Shown: positions 8,755-17,274 of the stretch, one piece after another
How the letters are laid out: every line of letters begins with the position of its first letter
How positions within the stretch are numbered: position 1 is the first letter of the stretch
DNA from: Alphaproteobacteria bacterium
GTDB taxonomy: Bacteria > Pseudomonadota > Alphaproteobacteria > GM7ARS4 > G965262615
Direction of reading: 5' to 3'
Length of the DNA stretch: 64,000 bases
Assembly: GCA_965262615.1 (NCBI GenBank)
Contig: OZ253545.1
Coordinates: 756,776 to 820,775, forward strand
Translations under genes and position numbers: made by a program
The notes under the pieces: model-generated
Seen by the model: only the letters and a program-made list of their open reading frames with translations
The model's database searches: none
What the model was told of the DNA's origin: nothing

Positions 8755-10808
8755 GAGACTTTAGCTTGTTTTCTTTTGAGTTTTTTCTTGGCAATGGCAC
8801 GGCTTCCGCCGCCACTCAATAAATGGTTTTCTTGTAGCTCGCGAATGGTGTCGCGTAGTCTTGCCGCGTTTTCAAATTCTAAATGCTCCGCCGCGGCAAT
8901 CATGTCTTTGGTGAGCCGCGCCACCGCTTGTTCCACCGATTCGCCCTCTTGTTGGGCATCATTTCTTGCGACTTGCAAATTCATTTCGCCGTAGTCGCGC
9001 TCGCACATGTCATCAATAATATTGCTGACGCTCTTTTGCACCGATTGCGGCGAGATGTTGTGTTTTTTGTTATATGCCAGTTGTTTTTCTCGTCTGCGCG
9101 CGGTTTCATCAAGCGCGTGCTGCATGGACGGGGTGACGCTGTCACCATACAGAATCGCTTGTCCATCCTGATGGCGAGCGGCGCGTCCGATGGTTTGCAC
9201 CAATGATGTGTGGGAGCGCAAAAAACCCTCCTTGTCGGCATCCAAAATGGCAACAAGGCTGCATTCGGGAATGTCCAAGCCCTCGCGCAACAGATTGATG
9301 CCAATGAGCACATCAAACACGCCCAAGCGCAAATCACGAATGATGGCAATGCGCTCCAGTGTGTCAATGTCCGAGTGCAGATAGCGGGCATTGATGCCGC
9401 ACTCGCCCACATACTCACTCAGTTTCTCCGCCATGCGCTTGGTGAGTGTGGTGACAAGCGCGCGCTGTCCCTTGCCAATCACCTGGCGCAAGCTGGCAAT
9501 GAGGTCATCCACCTGCGTGGATGCCGCCCGCACATGGCACACGGGATCCATCAATCCTGTGGGGCGCACGATTTGCTCAACGCATGTATGGGTTGCTTGC
9601 TCCCGCTCCCATGTGGCGGGGGTGGCAGAGACAAAAACAGTCGGCGGACGCATGCCATCCCATTCGGCAAACATCAGCGGACGATTGTCCATGCACGAGG
9701 GCAGGCGAAAGCCATGCGCCGATAAGGTCTCTTTGCGGCTGCGATCCCCCTTGTACATCGCTCCCAGCTGCGGCACGCTCACATGGGATTCATCCACAAT
9801 GAGCAGGGATTCGTCTGGAAAGTATTCAAACAATGTGGGCGGCGGCGCACCGCGTGTTCGTCCCGTGAGATGGCGCGAGTAGTTCTCAATGCCTTGACAA
9901 CTGCCGGTGGCGGCAATCATCTCCAAATCATAATGAGTGCGCTGACGCAACCGTTCCGCCTCCAGCAGCTGATTGTTGCCCTCCAATTGGGCAAGGCGTT
10001 CTTGCAGTTCTTGGCGAATGGTGGTCATGGCTCGCTTGAGGGCTGGCTTGGGCGTGACATAGTGGCTGTTGGCATAAATGCGAATAAAATTCAGCGTCGC
10101 ACTGATGCTGCCGTCCAGCGGGTCGCATTCGTGAATGGTCTCCACCTCATCGCCAAACAAGGACAATCGCCAGATTTTATCCTCATAGTGAGAGGGAAAG
10201 ACTTCAATGGAATCGCCGCGCGCTCTGAATGTGCCGCGCTTGAGTTCTATGTCATTGCGGCGATAGTGCAGTTCGGTCAGGCGTTTGAGAAAGGCACTGC
10301 GCGGCAGAGTCATGCCGCGAGCGATGTCAATCACCATTGAGCCATAGGTTTCGCGGTCACCAATGCCGTAGATGCACGAGACGCTGGCGATGATAATCAC
10401 ATCAGACCGTTCAAACAGGGCGCGAGTGGCATCATGACGCATGCGGTCAATCTGTTCGTTGATGGTGGATTCCTTTTCTATGTAGGTGTCCGAAGAGGGA
10501 ACATAGGCTTCGGGCTGATAGTAGTCATAATAAGAGACGAAATAATGAACGCCATTGTGAGGGAAAAAATTCTTCATCTCGCCATAGAGTTGCGCCGCCA
10601 GAATTTTGTTGGGCGCAAGAATGAGGGTGGGCTTTTTGTAACGCTCAATGACATTCGCCATCGTGAATGTTTTGCCGGAGCCCGTGACTCCCAGCAGCAC
10701 TTGGCTTTTTTTGCCTTGCTTGAGTCCATCCAGCAGAGCGTCACAGGCGGCGGGCTGGTCGCCAGCGAGGACAAAATCGGACTCTATGACAAAATCATTG
10801 TGTTGCAT
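8751..10808 (-). CDS. uvrB: excinuclease ABC subunit B
   Basis: AGDQP, GVTGSGKTFT, DESH box (IVDESHV), helicase C motifs, and a C-terminal UVR domain (FENAARLRDTIRELQ). ATG 10808 (MQHNDFV...) fits the conserved N-terminus; the tracked start 10835 is an alternative. Confidence 0.95.
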   Translation of the reverse strand: MQHNDFVIESDFVLAGDQPAACDALLDGLKQGKKSQVLLGVTGSGKTFTMANVIERYKKPTLILAPNKILAAQLYGEMKNFFPHNGVHYFVSYYDYYQPEAYVPSSDTYIEKESTINEQIDRMRHDATRALFERSDVIIIASVSCIYGIGDRETYGSMVIDIARGMTLPRSAFLKRLTELHYRRNDIELKRGTFRARGDSIEVFPSHYEDKIWRLSLFGDEVETIHECDPLDGSISATLNFIRIYANSHYVTPKPALKRAMTTIRQELQERLAQLEGNNQLLEAERLRQRTHYDLEMIAATGSCQGIENYSRHLTGRTRGAPPPTLFEYFPDESLLIVDESHVSVPQLGAMYKGDRSRKETLSAHGFRLPSCMDNRPLMFAEWDGMRPPTVFVSATPATWEREQATHTCVEQIVRPTGLMDPVCHVRAASTQVDDLIASLRQVIGKGQRALVTTLTKRMAEKLSEYVGECGINARYLHSDIDTLERIAIIRDLRLGVFDVLIGINLLREGLDIPECSLVAILDADKEGFLRSHTSLVQTIGRAARHQDGQAILYGDSVTPSMQHALDETARRREKQLAYNKKHNISPQSVQKSVSNIIDDMCERDYGEMNLQVARNDAQQEGESVEQAVARLTKDMIAAAEHLEFENAARLRDTIRELQENHLLSGGGSRAIAKKKLKRKQAKVS

Positions 10809-10891
10809 GGAGAAATCCCTTGCACGAGGCGACAAACGGCATTATGAAACAAATGAAGCATTTTCCCCAGATGTGTGACTTACTTTCATAG

Positions 10892-12115
10892 ATGACCGCA
10901 TTCATGCCCACCATAGCGACACGGCTTCATTCTATCAAGCCGTCACCCACTCTGCAAATGACCAAAGAGGTGAATCGGCTGCGCCGCGAGGGCGTTGATG
11001 TCATTGGCTTGGGGGCGGGTGAGCCAGATTTTGACACGCCAGACTTCATCAAAGCCGCCGCCATCAAAGCCATTGAGGAGGGCAAGACCAAATACACAGC
11101 GGTGGACGGCATTAGCGATTTGCGGGAAGCAATCGCGGCGCGCTTTAAGAGACGATATCGTGTAAATTGTGTTGTTGACAATGTCCTTGTGGGCTGTGGG
11201 GCGAAGCATATTTTGTTCAATGCCTTGCTGGCATCATTGAACGAGGGGGACGAGGTGATTATTCCCGCACCTTACTGGGTGTCTTATCCCGACATGGTGC
11301 GGCTGGCGGGGGGCAAGCCCGTGATTGTGCCGTGCGGCGCGGCGCAAGGCTTCAAACTCACACCTGATGCCTTGCGCGCCGCTCTCACACCTCGCAGCAA
11401 GTGGCTGATTGTGAACTCTCCCAGCAATCCAACGGGAGCGATTTACAGTCATGAGGAATTGGCATCCTTGCTGGCGGTGGTGCGGCAGCATGACTCTGTG
11501 TGCGTGTTGAGCGATGAGATCTATGAGGGAATTATTTATGATGACGCGCCCTTTGCCTCGTGTACGGCGGTGGCGCGAGATGTCTCAGAAGAGCTCATTG
11601 AGCGGGTGTTGGTGGTGAATGGGGTGTCCAAAGCCTATGCCATGACGGGGTGGCGCATTGGCTACGGCGTTGGCTCGGCGAAGCTCATCAAGGGCATGGC
11701 GAAAATTCAATCCCAGAGCACTTCCAATGCGTGCAGTGTGAGTCAATATGCGTCATTGGCGGCATTGACGGGGGATGATGGCTTTATGGCGGCGCGCACC
11801 GCGGCATTCTCGGCTCGGCGCGATAGGGTGGTGACCGCACTCAATGACATGGCGGGAATTGAGTGTGATGTGCCGCGCGGGGCGTTTTATGTCTTTCCTT
11901 CCTGTGCGGGGGTGCTGGGCAAGAAGGATGGTGGCGATGTCATTGCCTCGTCTTTGGATTTTGCCTCTTACCTGCTGCGAGCAGCGCGAGTGGCGGTGGT
12001 GGCGGGGGAGGCGTTTGGCATGGAGGGACACATTCGCATCTCCTACGCCACCGATGATGATTCCCTTAAAACCGCCATGAAACGAATAGCAGACGCAGTC
12101 GCCCAGCTACGATAG
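10892..12115 (+). CDS. pyridoxal-phosphate-dependent (aspartate) aminotransferase, class I
   Basis: GAGEPDFDTP, NSPSNPTG, and the PLP-Lys context GVSKAYAMTGWRIGY. Confidence 0.88.
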   Translation: MTAFMPTIATRLHSIKPSPTLQMTKEVNRLRREGVDVIGLGAGEPDFDTPDFIKAAAIKAIEEGKTKYTAVDGISDLREAIAARFKRRYRVNCVVDNVLVGCGAKHILFNALLASLNEGDEVIIPAPYWVSYPDMVRLAGGKPVIVPCGAAQGFKLTPDALRAALTPRSKWLIVNSPSNPTGAIYSHEELASLLAVVRQHDSVCVLSDEIYEGIIYDDAPFASCTAVARDVSEELIERVLVVNGVSKAYAMTGWRIGYGVGSAKLIKGMAKIQSQSTSNACSVSQYASLAALTGDDGFMAARTAAFSARRDRVVTALNDMAGIECDVPRGAFYVFPSCAGVLGKKDGGDVIASSLDFASYLLRAARVAVVAGEAFGMEGHIRISYATDDDSLKTAMKRIADAVAQLR

Positions 12116-12140
12116 CCCATGCAAAACCGCGTTTTTTGTT

Positions 12141-12785
12141 TTATTTGATATATCCCTGGGCAATTAAAATAGTGACAGTAATGCCCCCAAACCACATCAA
12201 GATGTTTACTTTGCCTGTGAGAACTTGCATCTTTGTGTCCAAAGATTGAATTGATTTGATGACATCTGACATAGTCCAGACCTCTGAAGAAATGAGAGAC
12301 TCCACATCGGCTCCACCAAGCTCTGTTTTGCCTTGAAGGGGACCCGAATAGCGTTTTATGCTGGGTTTTGCCAATCTGTGTATTTCCAAAGTGAGAAAGT
12401 CTTCTTTGAAGGTAAAGGTGACGCGGCGGGAAGTTGGGTTGACAATCCTAGCAAACAATCTGCCGTGAAAACCTGGATCAATTTGTGCACCTGTTGTGGC
12501 ATAAATTCCTTTTCTGGCAAGACCAGAGGTCAGATCAAAACGAGCGGCGTGGCTCTGATTGATTGCGATTATTTCATGAGTGCCGATAATGGCAGAGTCA
12601 CCAGCCTCAACAATGATAAAACCTTTTTCAGAAATATCTTCTATTTTCTTTCCTTGAATGGTTGCTCCCTGTTTGCCCACGCGCAAATCGTAGGATGCGG
12701 GCTGCAATTGCCTGTCTTCATAATCAGAAATCTCAATCCCGCCATTATCAAGAGCTTCTTTAATCCCTTTGTCTGACAAAATCAT
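12141..12785 (-). CDS. dCTP-deaminase/dUTPase-fold protein with a C-terminal transmembrane anchor (paralog 1)
   Basis: MILSDKGI, QPASYDLRVG, TSGLARKGI and IDPGFHG resemble Dcd. The C-terminal hydrophobic stretch is ILMWFGGITVTILIAQGYI. The region is A+T-rich. Confidence 0.6.
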   Translation of the reverse strand: MILSDKGIKEALDNGGIEISDYEDRQLQPASYDLRVGKQGATIQGKKIEDISEKGFIIVEAGDSAIIGTHEIIAINQSHAARFDLTSGLARKGIYATTGAQIDPGFHGRLFARIVNPTSRRVTFTFKEDFLTLEIHRLAKPSIKRYSGPLQGKTELGGADVESLISSEVWTMSDVIKSIQSLDTKMQVLTGKVNILMWFGGITVTILIAQGYIK

Positions 12786-12820
12786 TGCGGCACCCTCTTT
12801 TGTTGATGCAATGTTCTTTT

Positions 12821-12914
12821 AATATACTATTTTTTGCTTGGTCTTACAAGAATGAACGGAAATTACTTTGAAGACGGTTTGTCCCGTTGTTCAAAAAGAG
12901 GTTCGCTGACCGCA
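12821..12914 (-). promoter_or_regulatory. conserved upstream element of paralog 1: sigma70-like promoter (TTGTAA, 17-nt spacer, TATATT) plus an upstream imperfect inverted repeat
   Basis: On the minus strand, -35 is TTGTAA (12844-12849) and -10 is TATATT (12821-12826). The same element recurs 825 bp away. Confidence 0.45.
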
Positions 12915-12965
12915 TTTTTTAATCTTTTTTCAGCTGCGATAACTCATATAAAACTTCGTTTTGTT

Positions 12966-13610
12966 TTATCTGAAAGATGCCATAATTCCCATCAAAGCGA
13001 GCATGACAGGAAAAAGCCACATCAACATTTTTACTTGAATTGCGAGCTCTCGCACCTCTCTGCTGGAAGATTGAACCGATTTGATGATGTCTGGCACAGT
13101 CCATACCTCTGAAGAAAAGAAATGCTCCACATCACCTCCATCAAACTCCGTTTTGCCTTGATAGGGACCCGAATAAGGCTTTGTGCTGGGTTCTAACAAT
13201 TGGTGTATTTCCAAAGTGAGAAAGTCCTGTTTGAAGGTGAAGGTGACGGGATGAGGCATCAAATTGGTAATGCCAACAAACAATCTGCCGTGATACCCCG
13301 GGTCCACTTGTGTGCCTGTTGTGGCATAAATTCCTCTTCTGGCATGACCAGAGGTCAGACCAAAACGAGCCGCGTGACTCGCATCCATTCTGATGACCTC
13401 ATGAGTGCTGAGAAGGGCAGAGTCACCAGCCTCAACAACGATAAAACCTCGTTCAGAAATATCTTCTATTTTCTTCCCCTTAAGAGTTGCCACCTGCCTG
13501 CCAACGCGCAAATCGTAGGACGCCGGCTGCAACTGCTTGTCCTCATAACCAGAGATCTCAATCCCTTTATCCCTGAGAGCTTGTTTGATTCCGTTGTCCG
13601 ATAAAACCAT
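12966..13610 (-). CDS. dCTP-deaminase/dUTPase-fold protein with a C-terminal transmembrane anchor (paralog 2)
   Basis: Same length (214 aa) and motifs as paralog 1 (QPASYDLRVG, TSGHARRGI, VDPGYHG). The C-terminal hydrophobic stretch is LMWLFPVMLALMGIMASF. Confidence 0.6.
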   Translation of the reverse strand: MVLSDNGIKQALRDKGIEISGYEDKQLQPASYDLRVGRQVATLKGKKIEDISERGFIVVEAGDSALLSTHEVIRMDASHAARFGLTSGHARRGIYATTGTQVDPGYHGRLFVGITNLMPHPVTFTFKQDFLTLEIHQLLEPSTKPYSGPYQGKTEFDGGDVEHFFSSEVWTVPDIIKSVQSSSREVRELAIQVKMLMWLFPVMLALMGIMASFR

Positions 13611-13645
13611 TGCACGATCCTTTTTTCTTGAAACGACACCCCGCC

Positions 13646-13739
13646 ACTATACTATTTTTTGCTTGGTCTTACAAGAATGAACGGCAATTACTTTGAAGAC
13701 GGTTTGTCTTGCCGTTCAAAAAGAGGTTCGCTGACCGCA
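13646..13739 (-). promoter_or_regulatory. conserved upstream element of paralog 2: promoter (TTGTAA, 17-nt spacer, TATAGT) plus a 9-bp perfect inverted repeat GAACGGCAA/TTGCCGTTC
   Basis: Copy of 12821-12914. The inverted-repeat arms, read on the plus strand within 13678-13717, flank a 22-nt spacer. The element overlaps the 3' end of the 94-aa ORF. Confidence 0.45.
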
Positions 13740-14000
13740 AAATAGTTTTAGTTCATACAAAATTTTGTCAATGAGCAAATCACGCACCGCCAGATAGGGT
13801 GTGTAATAATCCACCGCAACAACGCGCTCCATATCAATATCGTCACAATCCCATTTTTGATCCACAACGATGGCAAACATGGATGACGCACTGATGTCTT
13901 CATCCAAAAAATCACTGACGCTGTCGCCATCAATGGTCTTGACATGCTGGCGCACCAAATTCAGCAAAGCGGTAAAATCTTGAGGGTTCAGCTCGCACAT
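13716..14000 (-). CDS. hypothetical small acidic protein (94 aa)
   Basis: The ATG lies 3 nt after the stop of the upstream 244-aa gene (TGA-gcc-ATG). The protein is strongly acidic (DGDSVSDFLDEDISA, DCDDIDME). I recognise no domain. Confidence 0.5.
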   Translation of the reverse strand: MCELNPQDFTALLNLVRQHVKTIDGDSVSDFLDEDISASSMFAIVVDQKWDCDDIDMERVVAVDYYTPYLAVRDLLIDKILYELKLFCGQRTSF

Positions 14001-14003
14001 GGC

Positions 14004-14738
14004 TCAATAGGTCTTGCGTTCTTCTTCCAGTTTTTTGGCATCGTAATGGGCGATGAAATTCTCGTAAGGAATAAAATCGTAGCGCGCGTAATGACTGGCA
14101 TAAGGCTCGCGTCCCATGACCTTGTCATATTTCGTCTTAAATTGGGGTGGTGCTAAAATATAGAATTTCGTTCTAAAGGGTTCTAATTGATAGAGGCGAG
14201 AAATGGCATTTTCCATCGTTCCAATGCTATCCACCACTTCATAGGCTCTTTGCGGGAATGGTTTATCTTTTTTGTCAAAAAAAATGACATCAATGTTTCT
14301 GGCTTCGGCAAGAATATCACCATAGGTAAATGGTGGGAGTTCCGACAAAGTGACAAGGTTTTTGAGAGGCACACCATTGAATTGAGCCGCTTTATCGGCG
14401 GTGAATGTGTGGTATTCGTCCAAGTTACCCAGCTCAATACACACGCCTTCCATGTGAGCGTGCATACGCTCGTCATCTTTTTTGATGGTGGCGAGGGGTG
14501 TTTCTTCGTATTGTCTGTCCTTGAGGGCAAAGATGCCGATGCCCAGCTTTTTGAACGCGGTGTCGGGGTTTTTCATATCTCTGTAAAGCACACCTCTGAG
14601 ACCCGCCTTCCAGTCATCTGACCGCTTGGCTTCAGGATAATAGCGTTCAATGGTGTCGTAGATAACTTCCCATGAGGCAACGCCATCATGGTCTTGTAGC
14701 AATCGGCGCATGGCTTCTATTTTTGTTGCGTCACTCAT
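14004..14738 (-). CDS. hypothetical protein: N-terminal winged-helix (Mrr-N/HARE-like) and C-terminal putative PD-(D/E)xK-like nuclease domain
   Basis: The N-terminus WEVIYDTIERYYP...WKAGLRGVLYRDMK...FKKLGIGIFAL resembles wHTH modules of restriction proteins. The C-terminal pattern is HAHMEGVCIELG ... NIDVIFFDKK ... RAYEVVDS. The functional call is tentative. Confidence 0.45.
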   Translation of the reverse strand: MSDATKIEAMRRLLQDHDGVASWEVIYDTIERYYPEAKRSDDWKAGLRGVLYRDMKNPDTAFKKLGIGIFALKDRQYEETPLATIKKDDERMHAHMEGVCIELGNLDEYHTFTADKAAQFNGVPLKNLVTLSELPPFTYGDILAEARNIDVIFFDKKDKPFPQRAYEVVDSIGTMENAISRLYQLEPFRTKFYILAPPQFKTKYDKVMGREPYASHYARYDFIPYENFIAHYDAKKLEEERKTY

Positions 14739-14777
14739 GAAATTATGACTTTAATAAAAAATGTTCGGTAAGGCGAA

Positions 14778-15683
14778 TTATTTTTTTATAATCAATTTTT
14801 TGTGGTGTTTTTTGGCAATGACTGTGGCAAGGAGAATCAATCCTGCCGCGGTGGCAATGGAGCCGCCGCCATTGAAGGCTCGTCCTTCCGTCAGCACCAC
14901 CAGCGGCACATACAACGCGACAACATAGCCCAATAAAACCGATGTGACCGCGATGAGCATCGCCATAATTAATTGCGTGATGGCGTCGCCTCCCAGCACC
15001 GCCGCGGTGGTGACTGGAATGGCAAACAGTGCAATGGTCACCACCGCTCCTGTTGCCTGAAAACACGCCGCCGCCGCGATTGCCGTGAGCCCTGCCAACA
15101 CATACCGCCAGCGCGCTGTGGACATACCAATGGACTCGGCATAAATGGGGTCAAAAATCACCACCATCAATTCCTTGCGTAGCGGCAGCACAATCGCCGC
15201 CACCAGCACCAACACCAACGCCAACATCCAAATCTCATAGGGCACAAACCACACATCAGACCACGCCACGCCATTCAACAAAGACGGCATCATGATGCCC
15301 TCCAAATTGCCATACAACGCATGCTCAACATCAATATGAAAATGAGACAGCTGCAATCGCTCCAGAAAAAAAACGCCCAAGGCGAAAAAACTGGTGAGCG
15401 TCATGCCCATCGCCCCTTGGGTGTTCAAAACGGTGTGTTTCTCCAGCCACTCGCTCAAGAGCAACGAGAGCATGGCAGCCAGCGTGGCACACAGCAAAAT
15501 CATGGACGGTGACAGCGTGTGACTCACCACCGCCGCCGCCACAATGCCCGGCAACACCGCATGGCTCACCGCATTGGCATACAACAATCCCTGACGCAAA
15601 AACAAAAAATGCCCCATCAAACAGGCAATCATCGCGGTGAGCAACGCCGCGAGCAAGGCGGGAATGTCCAACGCCAGACTCAT
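14778..15683 (-). CDS. metal (Mn/Zn/Fe) ABC transporter permease
   Basis: Polytopic membrane protein of the ABC-3 (MntD/ZnuB/SitD) type. ATG 15683 overlaps the upstream permease stop (ATGA). The 432-aa tracked ORF is an out-of-context N-terminal extension. Confidence 0.85.
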   Translation of the reverse strand: MSLALDIPALLAALLTAMIACLMGHFLFLRQGLLYANAVSHAVLPGIVAAAVVSHTLSPSMILLCATLAAMLSLLLSEWLEKHTVLNTQGAMGMTLTSFFALGVFFLERLQLSHFHIDVEHALYGNLEGIMMPSLLNGVAWSDVWFVPYEIWMLALVLVLVAAIVLPLRKELMVVIFDPIYAESIGMSTARWRYVLAGLTAIAAAACFQATGAVVTIALFAIPVTTAAVLGGDAITQLIMAMLIAVTSVLLGYVVALYVPLVVLTEGRAFNGGGSIATAAGLILLATVIAKKHHKKLIIKK

Positions 15684-16549
15684 CGCACGGATCGCCACCG
15701 CCCATACCACGAGACAAGCCGTGCCACAACAAGGGCGAGCACAAACAAACTCAAAGCCGTGAGCGTGATCATGCTGCCCGCAGGAACGCCCGCCTGCCAC
15801 GAGGAAATGGCAACGCCCACCGCCGAGCTCAATGCTCCCAATATAATTGCCATCACCAACGCGCCTCCCATAGAGCGATGCAGCAACAACGCCGCCGCTG
15901 GCGGAATGATGGTGAGAGACAAGACCAAAATCAATCCCGCCGCCGTCAAGCCGCTCATCACCACCGCCAGCACCAAACACAGCAAGATGAACTCCAAACG
16001 CCGACGATTCCAGCCGATGGAATCGGTGAACACAGGGTCCATCAGCATCACGGTAAAGGCGGGGCGATAGAACCACAACAGCACCGCACTCACCAACGCC
16101 AGCACCGCCATGCGAATGCCATCCTGCAGGGTGATGGTGGCAGCCGAGCCCAGCAATAAATCCTCCAAGCCCGCCTGAGACGACACAGGAAGCGTCTGAA
16201 TGGCACTCAAAAGCACAATGCCCACGCCAAACGACCAGCCAATGATGGAACTGAGCATACTGTCATCGCGCAGACCACTGTGACGCTTGATAAAGGAAAA
16301 AATCCACAATCCCACCATGCCGCCGCCAATGCCGCCCACCGTCAGCCACGGCAAGGAGCGTTCCGATATGCCAAAGCCATAGAGCAACAAAAAAGCAAAC
16401 GCCATGCCCGGCAGGGTGCAGTGGGTAATCAAATCCACCGCCATGGAACGGCGAGCCAGCAGGGTGAACAATCCCACCGCCGCCGCCGTGCCGCCGAAAA
16501 TCGCACTCACCAGTGCCACGAGCAAACTGTTGTAGGGGATGTCCATCAT
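15680..16549 (-). CDS. metal (Mn/Zn/Fe) ABC transporter permease
   Basis: ABC-3 family permease features. It lies within a four-gene operon with overlapping stop and start codons. Confidence 0.85.
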   Translation of the reverse strand: MMDIPYNSLLVALVSAIFGGTAAAVGLFTLLARRSMAVDLITHCTLPGMAFAFLLLYGFGISERSLPWLTVGGIGGGMVGLWIFSFIKRHSGLRDDSMLSSIIGWSFGVGIVLLSAIQTLPVSSQAGLEDLLLGSAATITLQDGIRMAVLALVSAVLLWFYRPAFTVMLMDPVFTDSIGWNRRRLEFILLCLVLAVVMSGLTAAGLILVLSLTIIPPAAALLLHRSMGGALVMAIILGALSSAVGVAISSWQAGVPAGSMITLTALSLFVLALVVARLVSWYGRWRSVR

Positions 16550-17271
16550 GACAGCAACGAGAAGCCATAGGCTTGGCTGATGTGGGACGGTGTCATGACC
16601 TCACGACACGCCCCGCACATCATGGAGTGGGGGCTCATGAGCCAGACATTGTCAAAGAATTCGGCGATTTTCGCCAAATCATGATGCACCGCCAGCATGG
16701 CAACGCCATCGCTCTTCATGGATTGAAACAGCTCATTGATGATGGTGCGGCTGGCATCATCAATGCCGTTGTAGGGTTCGTCCAGAATGTAGAGCTGGGC
16801 TTGCATGGCAAGACTGCGGGCAATGAGCACTCGTTGTCGCTGTCCGCCGGAGAGGTCGCCAATGGGTTGGTGTGCCGCATCCGCCATGCCCACCCGACCA
16901 AGCCACTCCAGTGCCTCGTCTTTGTGATGCCGCCGAATCAAACCGCCGATGCCAATGCGAGGGTAGAGTCCCATGAGGGTCACATCCAGTGCCGAAAGAG
17001 GAAAGTGCCAATCAATATCCTGCAGCTGCGGAATGTAGGCGATGCGGGAGCGATGAGCATCAATGCCTTTGCCAAAAACACGCACAGAGCCCGATGAAGG
17101 GGTCATCAATCCCATGATGGCTTTGAGAAGCGTGGATTTTCCCACGCCGTTGGGTCCCACAATGGCGGTGAGGCTGGGCTGCGTGATGGCGGCATTGACG
17201 CGCTGAAAAACAATCTGCTGACCATAGGCACAAGTCAGATCACGAACAGAAAGAATGGCAGCTGCGGGCAT
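16546..17271 (-). CDS. metal ABC transporter ATP-binding protein
   Basis: Walker A GPNGVGKST, signature LSGGQRQR, Walker B LYILDEP. Confidence 0.9.
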   Translation of the reverse strand: MPAAAILSVRDLTCAYGQQIVFQRVNAAITQPSLTAIVGPNGVGKSTLLKAIMGLMTPSSGSVRVFGKGIDAHRSRIAYIPQLQDIDWHFPLSALDVTLMGLYPRIGIGGLIRRHHKDEALEWLGRVGMADAAHQPIGDLSGGQRQRVLIARSLAMQAQLYILDEPYNGIDDASRTIINELFQSMKSDGVAMLAVHHDLAKIAEFFDNVWLMSPHSMMCGACREVMTPSHISQAYGFSLLS

Positions 17272-17274
17272 GAC

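Larger units (their letters stand above)
12141..13739. repeat. tandem duplication, two units offset by 825 bp (gene plus upstream region)
   Basis: 12823-12914 matches 13648-13739 almost base for base at a constant 825-bp offset. The two 214-aa products are collinear and highly similar over about 170 aa. Confidence 0.85.

Noticed and set aside
12116-12140. Possible bidirectional terminator between the aminotransferase and Dcd-like paralog 1 (AAAAC-cgc-GTTTT)
   Set aside because: The stem is only 5 bp and A/T-rich with a 3-nt loop, which is too weak to call.
14778-16076. 432-aa ORF suggesting a very large permease
   Set aside because: The N-terminal 131 codons are an alternative frame running through the upstream permease gene. 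The conserved permease sequence begins at ATG 15683, which overlaps the upstream stop codon in a typical ATGA junction.
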